Of a stretch of 64,000 bases of DNA, positions 23,100 through 32,778 are shown in pieces. The number at the start of each line of letters is the position of its first letter. The first letter of the stretch is position 1. The stretch lies in NCBI GenBank assembly GCA_000708835.1, contig DF237217.1, positions 53,188 through 117,187 of the forward strand, given 5' to 3'. The notes beneath the pieces are model-generated. The model worked only from the letters and a program-made list of their open reading frames with translations, searched no databases and had not been told where the DNA came from. The translations under genes and the position numbers were made by a program. The stretch is from Klebsormidium nitens (Eukaryota > Plantae > Klebsormidiophyceae).

Positions 23100-23343
23100 G
23101 CCTCGTGACGACGTCAGCAGAGTCAGAAAAGGACTGCTCAGGCAGGTGAGAGCGGACCAAACCCAAACGATTCAATGAAGGAGACCGCATCACAAGTTGA
23201 GCGTCTCAAGCGAACACCAACGCTGTCCAAATACTTCAAGTTCTTGGCAAAATTTCCCCGATCTGCTGTGATGACGTCGGCAAGTCTAAGCTGCTGCTGG
23301 GGCAAATACACATTTGACCCTTGGAAGGTCTACCGAGCCGGAA

Positions 23344-25606
23344 TCAGCGTGTCCAAATCAAATCGGCCAAAGAGCTATCCTCCATCCTCGAAAACTCCAT
23401 GTTTAAATCTTCTCCTCCACTCTCCAAAGGCGTTGGGCGCAACCGCGACAGAGGAGAGCCTGAGGCTTGCTCCGCACTGCCTGGCAAACCGTCTGATGAG
23501 GGCCCCCGGTTTTTTTCGACGCCACCGATAAACAGGAGGGTCTCTGCAGATGTTGGAGAAGAGGACCGATAGAGGACAGTGCAATGCTCGATCCTTCAGT
23601 GGCTTCAAAAATGGACGGACAAGCATTCACTGCATTCCGCGAGGGGGCAGGCACTGCTGAGGGGGGCCGGGGAAGAGGGGAGCGCACGCGCTTTCAGTCA
23701 CTTACCGAGAAGCGCATGGCTCATGGGCTCCGTGGAGGGCGGGGGGGATTTGAAGGTCGGCTCATCGAACACTGCAAAAGGCGATGAGCGGCGCCAGTCA
23801 TATGCCAGCCCGTCGCCAAAAGAAGATGGCCAGCATGCGGAAGGATGCTGCAGGGGCCAACAAGCTTAAGGACCGATGCAGACAGTTGCAGAGAGGACTT
23901 CACGTGCTGAGAGGACTTCACGTGCTGCTTGCAAATAGGACCCGCATCAGGAGGTACGGGTTGAATTGGAGCTTATTGGAGCCCTCAGGAAAGGAACGAG
24001 GATGGCAGCGGCAAGATCCCCCCACCTGGCGAGGAGCAAGCGCGGAGCGCTGGCGCTTCTGCAGAAGAGCTTTCCTCGTCCATCTTCCGCAGCTCATCCT
24101 CGAGCCTCTCCAACTCCGCTTCCACGCGACGCCACTCCCGCTCTCGAACCCATGCTGCAAAAGGCAATAAAAGCTCTGACAACTTGGACAAGGAGGGGGA
24201 TCTGTGCAATCGATTACAACAACGTTCTACCCCGGATGGTCAGCTGCTGACGTCATCCAGACTGGACTTCAGAAAACCGTTCTCGAAAACCCTTGGACAA
24301 CTTGGACAAAGTGCTCTGTGCAATCGATCACAGCTGCATTCCGCCCGGGATGGTCAGCTGATGACGTCATCCAGACTGGGCTTCAGAAAATTTCTCGAAA
24401 ACCCTTGGACAACTTGGACAAAGCGGGTCTCCGCAATCGATCACAGCTGCATTCCGCCCGGGATGGTCAGCTGATGACGTCATCAAGACTGGATCCCAGA
24501 AAAGTTCTCGAAAAGGCTTGGACAACTTGGACAAGCTGAAATCGATCACAGCTGAACTCAGGCCGGGATGGTCAGCTGATGACGTCATCAAGACTGGATC
24601 CCAGAAAAGTTATCGAAAACGTTTGGACAACTTGGACAAACTGCGGGGCGCTGAAAGGCTTCTGGTGCATCGTAATTGGCCAGTAGATGCGAAGATGGCG
24701 CAGTGCTGCAACAGATCAAATAACCCACGGGCCTCAGTGACGCCGCTCGAGATTGTGACATGCCTTACCTGCGCGGTCTTTGTCGATGCGGAAGCTTCCA
24801 AACGAGTGGTCATGATCTTTGCACGAGTACTCGACTTGCCCCCCGCCCTTGCTTCCTCGAAGGCCCCACACTGCGGTTGCGCCGCACACGTGGCAACAAA
24901 GACTGTGCGGGTCTGCAAGGAGGCGAAGAGAAAGGGGTCGGACCTGGTCCGTTTCGAAGGGATCAGAGCCCTAGAAAGTCCAGGCGAAACTCGGTACTGC
25001 TGGCTTCCTTGGGGCAAAGAACACCCTAGCAACATCATGCAGCAGAATCTTGCGAGAGTGTTCTCCGAAAATCTTGGTACCCCGCGGCGACGGCCAGCTC
25101 ACCCGTCTTTTCGCCTATGGTTGACAATACGTGACAAGATTTACCCCTTAGTTACTCTAGAGAGAAACAAGAAGTCTTCCAACTTCCGAGCAGGTTTTCC
25201 AGATTCATTGGAGTGGAGCCGAGCAAATCGAGGGACATATTGGATCAAAAACAGCCGTTCTCTCACCTGCTTTCGTCTCCAGCTGCTCGATGCCTCTCCG
25301 CCGGCGCGGAGATCTCGGGCTTCCGCTCGCGACCTTAGCTCTACGGGCCCTGCGCGCAGCGCGCACGGTGCCCCGCTGCTTGAGCCCCTCAAGGTGCGCC
25401 GCAGCTGTTGATGCGACGACCCGCCCGAAGCCCTCCAGCAGCTCTGAGTCCGGAACTCCAATCAGCCCCTCCAAACCGCTCACGGCGGCCTCGAATGCCC
25501 CATCCCAGTTGGACCGCGTCCAGAGGAGCCCCGCCGGCCCACACTGCTCTCTCGCCAGCCCGCACACGCGGCCCGCGTTCCTTCGAAAGACGCGCTTCCC
25601 TTGCAC
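23344..25606 (-). CDS. Cryptic multi-exon gene G3 (coiled-coil exon, 2A-like motif in the last exon); 5' end uncertain
   Basis: Exons ...-25267, 24154-24026, 23771-23706 and 23543-23344. Donors G|GTGAGA, G|GTGGGG and G|GTAAGT, and acceptors TTTTGCAG, TTTTGCAG and TCTGCAG, are all phase 1. Spliced product: IEQLETKA-AWVREREWRRVEAELERLEDELRKMDEE...-VFDEPTF...-ETLLFIGGVEKNRGP. Confidence 0.5.
24170..24645 (+). repeat. Family A array 10 (4-5 highly similar units) inside predicted intron 25266-24155
   Basis: TGACGTCA at 24248, 24362, 24475 and 24580 (periods 114, 113, 105), each followed by CTTGGACAACTTGGACAA. Confidence 0.9.
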
Positions 25607-25683
25607 GGACTTCCGCTTAAGCGCGCTCCCAACGAGGATCTTGACGTCCGAGAGGGAGAGCGGCCGCCCACATCGGGAGGGGA

Positions 25684-25740
25684 GCGCTGGGCTGCATCAG
25701 GAGTGCGCTGGGCTGCATCAGGGGTGCGCTGGGCCGGCCC
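25684..25740. repeat. 21-bp tandem repeat (about 2.5-3 copies)
   Basis: G(A/T)GCGCTGGGCTGCATCAGG(A/G) repeated. Reads AQRTPDA on the minus strand. Confidence 0.8.
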
Positions 25741-25864
25741 AGGTGCTTCCATCGTGGGCGCCATGTGCGGATCCTGCGGGAGGAGATAATTGCGAGGTGA
25801 ATGGGCGATCGCAGCGAACCGGCGCCATGCCTTGAGAGCCCCAAGAACTCGTGTGACTAATTGC

Positions 25865-26230
25865 ACACACACTGTCCGAATGTCCGAGATTTGGACACCC
25901 TTTTCAAAGGAAAAGCTCTTGGTGATGTCAGCGTCCATTCCTACAAGGATGCGCTGCAACTGATCGAGCACCCCCCTGTCCGAGTGTCCGACTTTGGATA
26001 CACATCTCAAAATTGAACCTCTTTGATGACGTCAGCGCCCATCCCTCCAAAAATGCGCTGAGACTGACTGCGCGCACCCTATCCGAGTGCCTGACTTTTC
26101 TAAGATGATTTTCGGGATGGTCTTTTTCAGGTGACCTCAGCAGCTACAGCGTGTCCAAGTGTCCGAGGTATTGACCAACCTTTTTAGCTTGAACTTGTGT
26201 CATGACGTCAGCAGCCATCCGAGACAGTGA
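25865..26230 (-). repeat. Family A array 11 (degenerate, 3-4 units)
   Basis: CTGTCCGA(A/G)TGTCCGA and GATGACGTCAGC motifs. Confidence 0.75.
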
Positions 26231-26259
26231 GCTCGGATGAGATCCGAGCTCTGACAACA

Positions 26260-27330
26260 CGTTTTGGAATGCGCGCACCTCGATGGAAGGCGGACCAGGC
26301 TGCTGCAGCTGTTTGTCGACATCCACTGGGGCGGCGGTGATGCCGCCCCCCAGAGGACTTTTTCGAGGCCTTGGAGAGGGGGCGTCTGGGTAGAGCGCGC
26401 TTGCGTCTCCTCCTAGTTCAGCCAGCCGTCGATCCTGCATACACAATGCCCAATTCAGCTTACTTGGTCATATCTGGTGAAGTGATCGAGTGCATTTCTT
26501 TGAACCTTGTTGCCCGGCATGGCTGATGACATCATCGCCAGGAGCTCGGACACTCGGACAGCTTTGCACCATCAAGCACAGGGAACATTGCCCGGCATGG
26601 CTGCTGATGTCATCAAGAAAGTTCGATCTCGAAAGGTGTGACAAAATCTCGGACACTCGGACACGGGCCAGAAAACGTTCACACCGTCATTGCAGCGCAT
26701 CCTGGGTGGGATGGCTATTGCTGACGTCACAAAAGAGCCACTCCAAAAACTGAACGGCCAAGTGGACATTTGGCCAAGATTCAAGCCGTTGGTCACAGGA
26801 GGTGACCCCCCCTCGGATGGCTGCTGTTGTCGTCACAAGGGCACCCCATCAGAAACTGAATGGCAACGCAGCGAGCCTTTCCAAAGCACCCCTCTTGGAC
26901 CAGGGCACTTAAGGTGTGGTCAGAGTTTTTAACACTCGGACAGAGTCAAGCTATCAATTATGGCAGATCATGCCCGGCATGGCTGGTGACGTCACACTGA
27001 GAGTGAGATTGCAAAAGGTTGTGTAAAACCTCGGACACTCCAACATGGTCCCCGAAGGCGATCCTCAACCAACCTGTGACGCTTGATCCGGGGTTGTTCC
27101 CTTTACGCACAAGCAATCTGCACATATGAGCTCTCAAAATCTGAATGCGCGCACCTGGATGGAGGTTAAAGCAGGCTGCTGCAGCTGGTCGTCTACATCC
27201 ATCGAAGTAGCGGGGATGCCACGTGCCGCAAGGCTTGGGGGGGGGCTTGTGAGCGAGCCTCTTCGTGCACTCCCCACCAGCTCTTTGCTGGTAGACAGGG
27301 GGTAAGGGTTAGAGATGTCCTGCAAGGAAG
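26260..27330 (-). repeat. Diverged duplicated segment (~26260-26400 and ~27140-27280) flanking array 12
   Basis: GAATGCGCGCACCT(C/G)GATGGA...CAGGCTGCTGCAGCTG...ACATCCA in both copies. Minus frames read VDVDKQLQQPGPPSIEVRAF and MDVDDQLQQPALTSIQVRAF. Confidence 0.7.
26510..27045 (+). repeat. Family A array 12 (degenerate, ~5 units)
   Basis: CCCGGCATGGCTG(C/G)TGA(C/T)GTCA and CTCGGACACTCGGACA motifs. Confidence 0.75.
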
Positions 27331-27458
27331 TCTGGATGCTTCAAAACCCATGGCACCCGGAGAAGAATGAGCAGACATTCTGAACCTCAAAGTCCAATAA
27401 TGAAGTTTGTAAAAGCCTAAGTGCACATCAGACGTTTCTCAGGGAAGGTGCCCGGCAT

Positions 27459-28710
27459 GGGAGCAGTCAGTCTGCACCAAAACGTCTTTACATCACATCT
27501 TGTCAACCAGTGCAGATTGACTGCCCCCAATCAACCACAATGGAAGTGAGGAAGCGCACAGTTGGGGAGCAGTCAATATGCACCAATCCTTCTTCATATC
27601 TAAGTTTCTCAAACAGTGCAAATTGACTGCCCCCCCTTAACCATAACCACAACCACAACCACAACCACATTGAAGCGCAGGGATTGCTCTGCTGGGGGCA
27701 CACTCCATTTGCACCAGACATTCTTTACACTGAAGCTTCTCTAAAACAGTGCACTTTGGCTGGCCCCTTTCTTTCAACCACAACCACAACGAAGCCCAGG
27801 AATTGCACGGCTGGGGCGCAGTCAATTGGAAGCTGGGTAAGCAACCAGCTGGGGGGGCAATCGACTTCCCCTACCCGTTCTCTTCCAAAAAGGGAGCTTT
27901 CTCAACTGGAGCAGAAATCACAACTTTGATTTGGGGTGGCTGCAGTCCAGAGTCTCACCGCATCAGCCGCGCCAACGTGTGAAGCTTCCCTCCCATCCTG
28001 GATGTCCTCTGCCTTCGCTCCTGCTGCTTTAGACCATACTTTGACCCCTCCCTCGGATCCGCTCTCATGCACCTGAGAAAGTAGACTCGTGCATCAATTC
28101 TTTGCCGAGTGTCAGCTCAAGACTCATCAACATGAAAGCGAGCTTTCCAAGCGCTCTTTCAGCTGAAAAGGACGGTCCCCCCCCAAGCCCACAGTCGCAC
28201 AAGACTGATGCTTGTCTTTCCCAAAACGTAACACTAAGCTCAGATGTTGGACAGCCCACAGCCACCCCGGAATCAACACTACAGTACATGCATGTATGTG
28301 AGCTGAACAGGAAGCGTTAGGTCAGCTCCCAGCGGCCCCAAAAATAGTCCCAAACCAGGACCGCACTCAGCCCACGTCAACCAATGGATTTGAGGAAGCA
28401 AACGGCCGAGGAGCAGTCAATTTGCAATGACTCAGCTTTACATGAAAGCTTCTCAACCAATGCAAATTTGACTGGCGCCCCTTAACCACACTGGAATTGC
28501 CGACCTGGGGGGCAATCAATCTGCACTGCTTTAGAAGCTTCCTTTAAAACAAGTGCTGGTGCAGACTGACTGCCCCTCTTTCTATGGGTTGGAGCTCAGA
28601 AAGCATCCAAGCGTGCGGCCTGGCAGCAGACAATTTGCACCGCGCTGTACTACACATCAAAGCTTTTATGCCATTTGTCCGCTGGAGGAGGCAGTCAATC
28701 TGCCATAGCC
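27459..28710. repeat. Family B: clusters of imperfect hairpin units (GGGG(A/G)GCAGTCAAT.TGCAC - ~32 nt loop - GTGCA.ATTGACTGCCCCC) with (AACCAC)n spacers
   Basis: Arms 27459-27477/27510-27528 (17/19 complementary) and 27564-27583/27616-27635. Further units near 27690-27770, 28410-28480 and 28507-28576. Confidence 0.8.
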
Positions 28711-29248
28711 GTGTTAGACATTTAGCTTCAAAAGCAATGAAAACTTGTCCGCCATCTATCGTGTCCTGACACATTTGCAGAGCGCGCAACAGGTCAAGGA
28801 AAGAACGGGTCTCACCTCAGTTGCTCCCGTGGCTGCCTCTGTCGCAGCCATGCTCTTAGGCGCGTGGCCTCAAAGAGGCCTACTGCTTTCTGCTGCCTCT
28901 CTTTGACCTCTGCTCTCAAACTTGCAAGGCCTGGAACCTGATCATGTTGATTAGCTGGTCTACAACCTTGCCAACCCAAGAAGCCATTTGGCATCCATGC
29001 AAGGGATGCCAGCCCCCGCCGCCTTGCCAGACACCTCTAGAAACTTCCCCAGCTGACACTGATGTTTTGCCACCTGGCAGTCATGCAGGCCATCAGAGGG
29101 CCGCCATTGAGCGCCAAGGTGCGCCATCGCCAGCTCGGCTTCTTCTGTCAACTCCTCTTCTCTCAGGGATGTCTGGTTTCCCTGATATGCCAGGATCTCA
29201 GTCTAGCTAGGCTGTGACCTCAGGCTCGACTTGGCAAGTTCCAAGCTA

Positions 29249-30098
29249 CTGTCCTGTCTGGCATAAACTTCTTGTCCCCTAGAATGTTCAGATAAATATG
29301 TGCATCGGACGGTTCAGAACCAGAGGAAGTGACATCGACGGTCACTTCCGCTGAATCCCCGGGCACTTTCAGCGGTTGCCCAAGACTGACAAAGTTGCTC
29401 AGTAAAACCAAAGTCCCGGAAGTCAAGGCCTAAACCGGAACACCTACAGCCAGTAATTTGAAGCAGAAGACTGCCGCAATGGCTGCCTTGTGCTCAGGGC
29501 TTGAGGAGGCAGGGACGGGCTGTGGGGGGAGAGTAGAAGGTCTTTCTCCACAAACTTTGCATTTCAGCAAGCTAGGATTGCTTTTTGTAGAGCAGTCTTG
29601 CCGTTGAGATTGCAAAATTTGATGTATAGTTGCCCCGGCGACTTTCAACAAAACCTCCATTGCGCCTCCGAGGCTCCTTTTAGGGTTGAAAGGCACATTT
29701 TGGATTTGGGGGGAGAATGTGCATCAAATTTACCTTTGAAAGCAGCTGGTATTCAATTTATAGGTTGCACATAGCTTCAGGTTGCCGTTGGGTTTGAGAA
29801 ATTTTGGTCATGGGTGCTGCTCCCAGCTCATTTCAGCCATGTCGGCAGCCATGGCGGCCAGTCTGAGGTGCTGGGCAAAATAACAATTTTGGACTTCACC
29901 ACTTTCGGGCGCTGTCCCTCCTTTCTGCGACCTTTAGGCGGGGGATGGACTCAGCCTTCTGTTCAGCAAAGGCAATCGGCGTACCGTCCGATCTTAGAAA
30001 ATAGAACGAATTTCACCGTTGGATGCCCGGACTGCGCCCGGTACGCCAAAAATTACTTAACCAGGCCAGCGGACGGAGGTTCATGCCAGACAGGACTG
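29249..30098. mobile_element. Non-autonomous Tc1/mariner-like element (~850 bp) with ~20-bp TIRs and TA flanks
   Basis: TA|CTGTCCTGTCTGGCATAAAC at 29247-29268. The reverse complement of the right end is TA|CAGTCCTGTCTGGCATGAAC (TA at 30099-30100). No intact transposase inside. Confidence 0.6.
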
Positions 30099-30224
30099 TA
30101 GTAGTGCACTGTGCACATGTATGGGAGGGAGTGCTCGGGGCCTCGATGCACGAACCGCCGGCTCCGGCCAACCAGATTACAAATCTCCCAGGCATACCCC
30201 CCACGGCGGTCTGGCCATGCCGTA

Positions 30225-30479
30225 CCGGCGCGCTCAATTCGCACCACCCTGTGCAACATATTTATTTTCGTGCCATTTCTGTTTTCGTATCACGCATCTG
30301 GTAATTTTCAGATTTCCGCATCTTGAACCTGTTAGTAATTGGTCAAGGAGATTTAGCCCCTTAACAGGGCCTTTTAATCAGCCTTTCTGAGATAACGGGA
30401 TTACCGAGTAGTTTGTCATCTCGCATCACCCTCCTTCCAGGCAAAAATGAATTAAGTAGGTGCGAATTGAGCGCGCCGG
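30225..30479. mobile_element. MITE (~255 bp) with perfect 21-bp TIRs flanked by TA
   Basis: CCGGCGCGCTCAATTCGCACC (30225-30245) and its exact reverse complement (30459-30479). TA on both sides, and the match extends to 26 bp including the flanks. AT-rich interior. Confidence 0.75.
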
Positions 30480-30854
30480 TACGGTACGCTGACGCGCCGA
30501 TCGGTGAAAACTTCAGTATTCACGCCGGCCTGGCAGTGGCAGAGTCGCGCTGCTGATGTTGGACCAGGTACCTCTGCGCGTCCTTGGTTGGCGACGCGCC
30601 GAGGCCAATGGTAAATGGCAAACCTGGAAAGCAGATCCACTGAGATACCTACCTAGTCCATACCTGAAATTGCAGCTCTGCTCAAGCCTCAGTGCTATTG
30701 AATCATCCTTTCAAGTCCACATACATACAGTTGGGACAGAAACCAGAACTTCATTTTGCCGGCGCTGGAGTCGTAAGAGACGGTCAGGCGCTTCTCAATT
30801 GGCTTGGAGTTGGCTTGCTGAGTGAGGCGCTGTAGCCTTAGGTGTGGTCTGGTC

Positions 30855-32778
30855 ATGGCGCCGAAAAGAAAGGTAGAGACAGTTTGGGTCAAGGTGAACG
30901 AGAAAAGTCCAAAGCAATGTTTGCTTGCTCCATCTTCAGGAAAGCTGGATGTCAGCAAGGAAGGGCTTCAGCCTGGAGCAGTGGCGATCAACGGGGTCCA
31001 TTACGCTTTCACTCAGAAGCTTCAGACTATTGTCCCGCTGAAGCAACTGGACCTTGCAGCAGATGCAAATGGAGCATTAGACACAAGCCCGATCCTTATC
31101 ACAGGGCCTCTTCGTGTTGAGGAGGCATATGCTCCGGATGCAGATGAAGAAGAAGCAGAGAAAGTTCGGGACCCTCTGAGACTATACAGCGCAGCCGTCA
31201 AGCGCCTGGAGCGTAGGTCAGGAGGCACTACAACCACAGCGGGAACAGTGGTGTTTGTTTCAGCACAGGGACACTTTGTGACGTGTCTGCACAGTGTTCT
31301 GAGGACACAGGGCAAGATTTTTCCGGACACCTTCTCAGTTGAGGGGCGGTCAGTTGAGCATGTTGTCAGCTTCCCAGCTATTGACATGTCGGTCTGGAGG
31401 GTCACCGGTCCCGGCCCTGCTGAGCATCCATACCTCCCCCTCGGGATCGGCCTTTTTGCTGGTGAGCCTGTTTCCATCTATCCAAGCCTGGATCAAAGGC
31501 CTTTTTTCCCATTCATTTCGTGATCACATGTCCATGGTTGTTTCAGTCTGCTAAAAGCTCACTGTTTTCCTTCAATCTCGCTACTTGTGAGGCTTGACAG
31601 AGCTTGCAGAGGTCATCTTGGAATTTGCCAGCTAGCTTTGGAGTTGGATTCCAAAGATCCTGTCATGTGAGCTGTAAACTGGAGCGTTCTGGTGACGAGC
31701 TGTGTTGTGGTCAAGTGTTGATCTTGAGCCTGGGGATTGGTTGCATTTCCAGTGCACAATAGAAGCTTTCTCTTTTGAAGCTTGTGTTGCTTGACCTGTG
31801 GATTGTTGAAATGTGTTCTGTCTGGAGCGTTCTGGCCAAGCTTTGGATCAACAGAGTTGCTCTACAATCCTAACTTCGCACTTCAATGACACTCCTCCTC
31901 TGTATGTTGCTTATGCAGGTGGTTTAGAGTTTGTCTCTGCGCAGGCTGCATCTGAGAGCATGATATCCATCATCCCAATTACAAAGCTCTTATCCTGCAG
32001 GCATGCCCTTTATGCTCGTCCATTATCCGCTGCTTGTTGATCAGGAGGGACAACAGGACTTTGCGAAGCCAACAGTCACTAGTGGTGTTATCTCCGCCGT
32101 CAGCAATGGAACGCAGGTCCTTGGTGATGCCGAGAGCTTCCCCAACAGCTCGGGAGGAGCAGCTTGCGCCGATGGTCAAGTAATCGCCATCAATACCTGC
32201 GGGTGCGTGAAACTTCTTTTAAGGAACAGCCAGATCAGGCAAACCTCTCAGCGTGGTTGAGAGCCAAGACCAGGCTCAGTCTTGATCAGCATCACTTGCG
32301 CGTTGCACAACCTTAGACTGCTCTGGTATTGGTCTTCAGAAATACTTGAGTGTTCCTGCATATGCTCTGATCTATGTTCGTTTTCTGACGCAACTGTGAG
32401 GCTTGCTTCTCTAATGACCAATATCCTTGCAGACTATCTCATGAGGATGTCCCACTGTCCCAAGAAGATGAGGAAGAAGACTTCTCCTCGTTAACATACG
32501 ACGAAGCGTGGGTGGGGCCCAATCATGAACGCCTCTTCTCGGGGGAGGAATCCAGCTGCGATCCAAAGGATGAGTCCTCTAGTCAGCCCTTGTCTCCGAA
32601 GACCTTAACAAGGAAAATGAAGAGGGCAGAGGCGAATGCCCCCCACAAAGGCACTCTTTGTGGCATGGTGCCCTGTAGTCTGCTGCAGCCCATGCTTGCC
32701 AAGTACAAAGTCCTGAAAATGCCTCAGATTACCAACCTTCGAGCCTCGGTCAGTTCTCGGAAGAAGAGAAAAGCATAG
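30855..32778 (+). CDS. Trypsin-like (Trypsin_2/HtrA-type) serine protease domain protein
   Basis: Exons 30855-31461, 32001-32202 and 32433-32778 with phase-consistent GT-AG introns. Triad-like motifs FVTCLHSV (His), IDMSVW (Asp) and FPNSSGG (Ser). Confidence 0.65.

Noticed and set aside
24518-25411. 297-aa plus-strand ORF
   Set aside because: It starts inside repeat array 10 and overlaps a better-supported minus-strand exon. A real coding core around 24690-25250 cannot be excluded.
8430-27045. Family A arrays as CRISPR arrays (conserved motif plus variable spacer)
   Set aside because: The 'spacers' are homologous to each other within an array, the unit has two conserved motifs, no cas genes are present, and the context is a spliceosomal eukaryote.
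8375-27045. Many short ORFs in the track containing WLLTSS, MAADVI, KLGHLDT or LDNLDK
   Set aside because: They are translations of the non-coding family A repeat in different frames and strands, not genes.
1-27050. Classification as a Polinton/Maverick, a Helitron or a complete endogenous giant virus
   Set aside because: No protein-primed PolB, RVE integrase, capsid, packaging ATPase, HUH Rep motifs or PIF1 helicase is recognisable in the window. This cannot be excluded for flanking sequence.
28800-29240. Exon-like minus-strand fragment (LRAEVKERQQKAVGLFEATRLRAWLRQ…|GTGAG)
   Set aside because: It is frameshifted, abuts the Tc1-like insertion and has no recognisable family, so there is too little support to call it.
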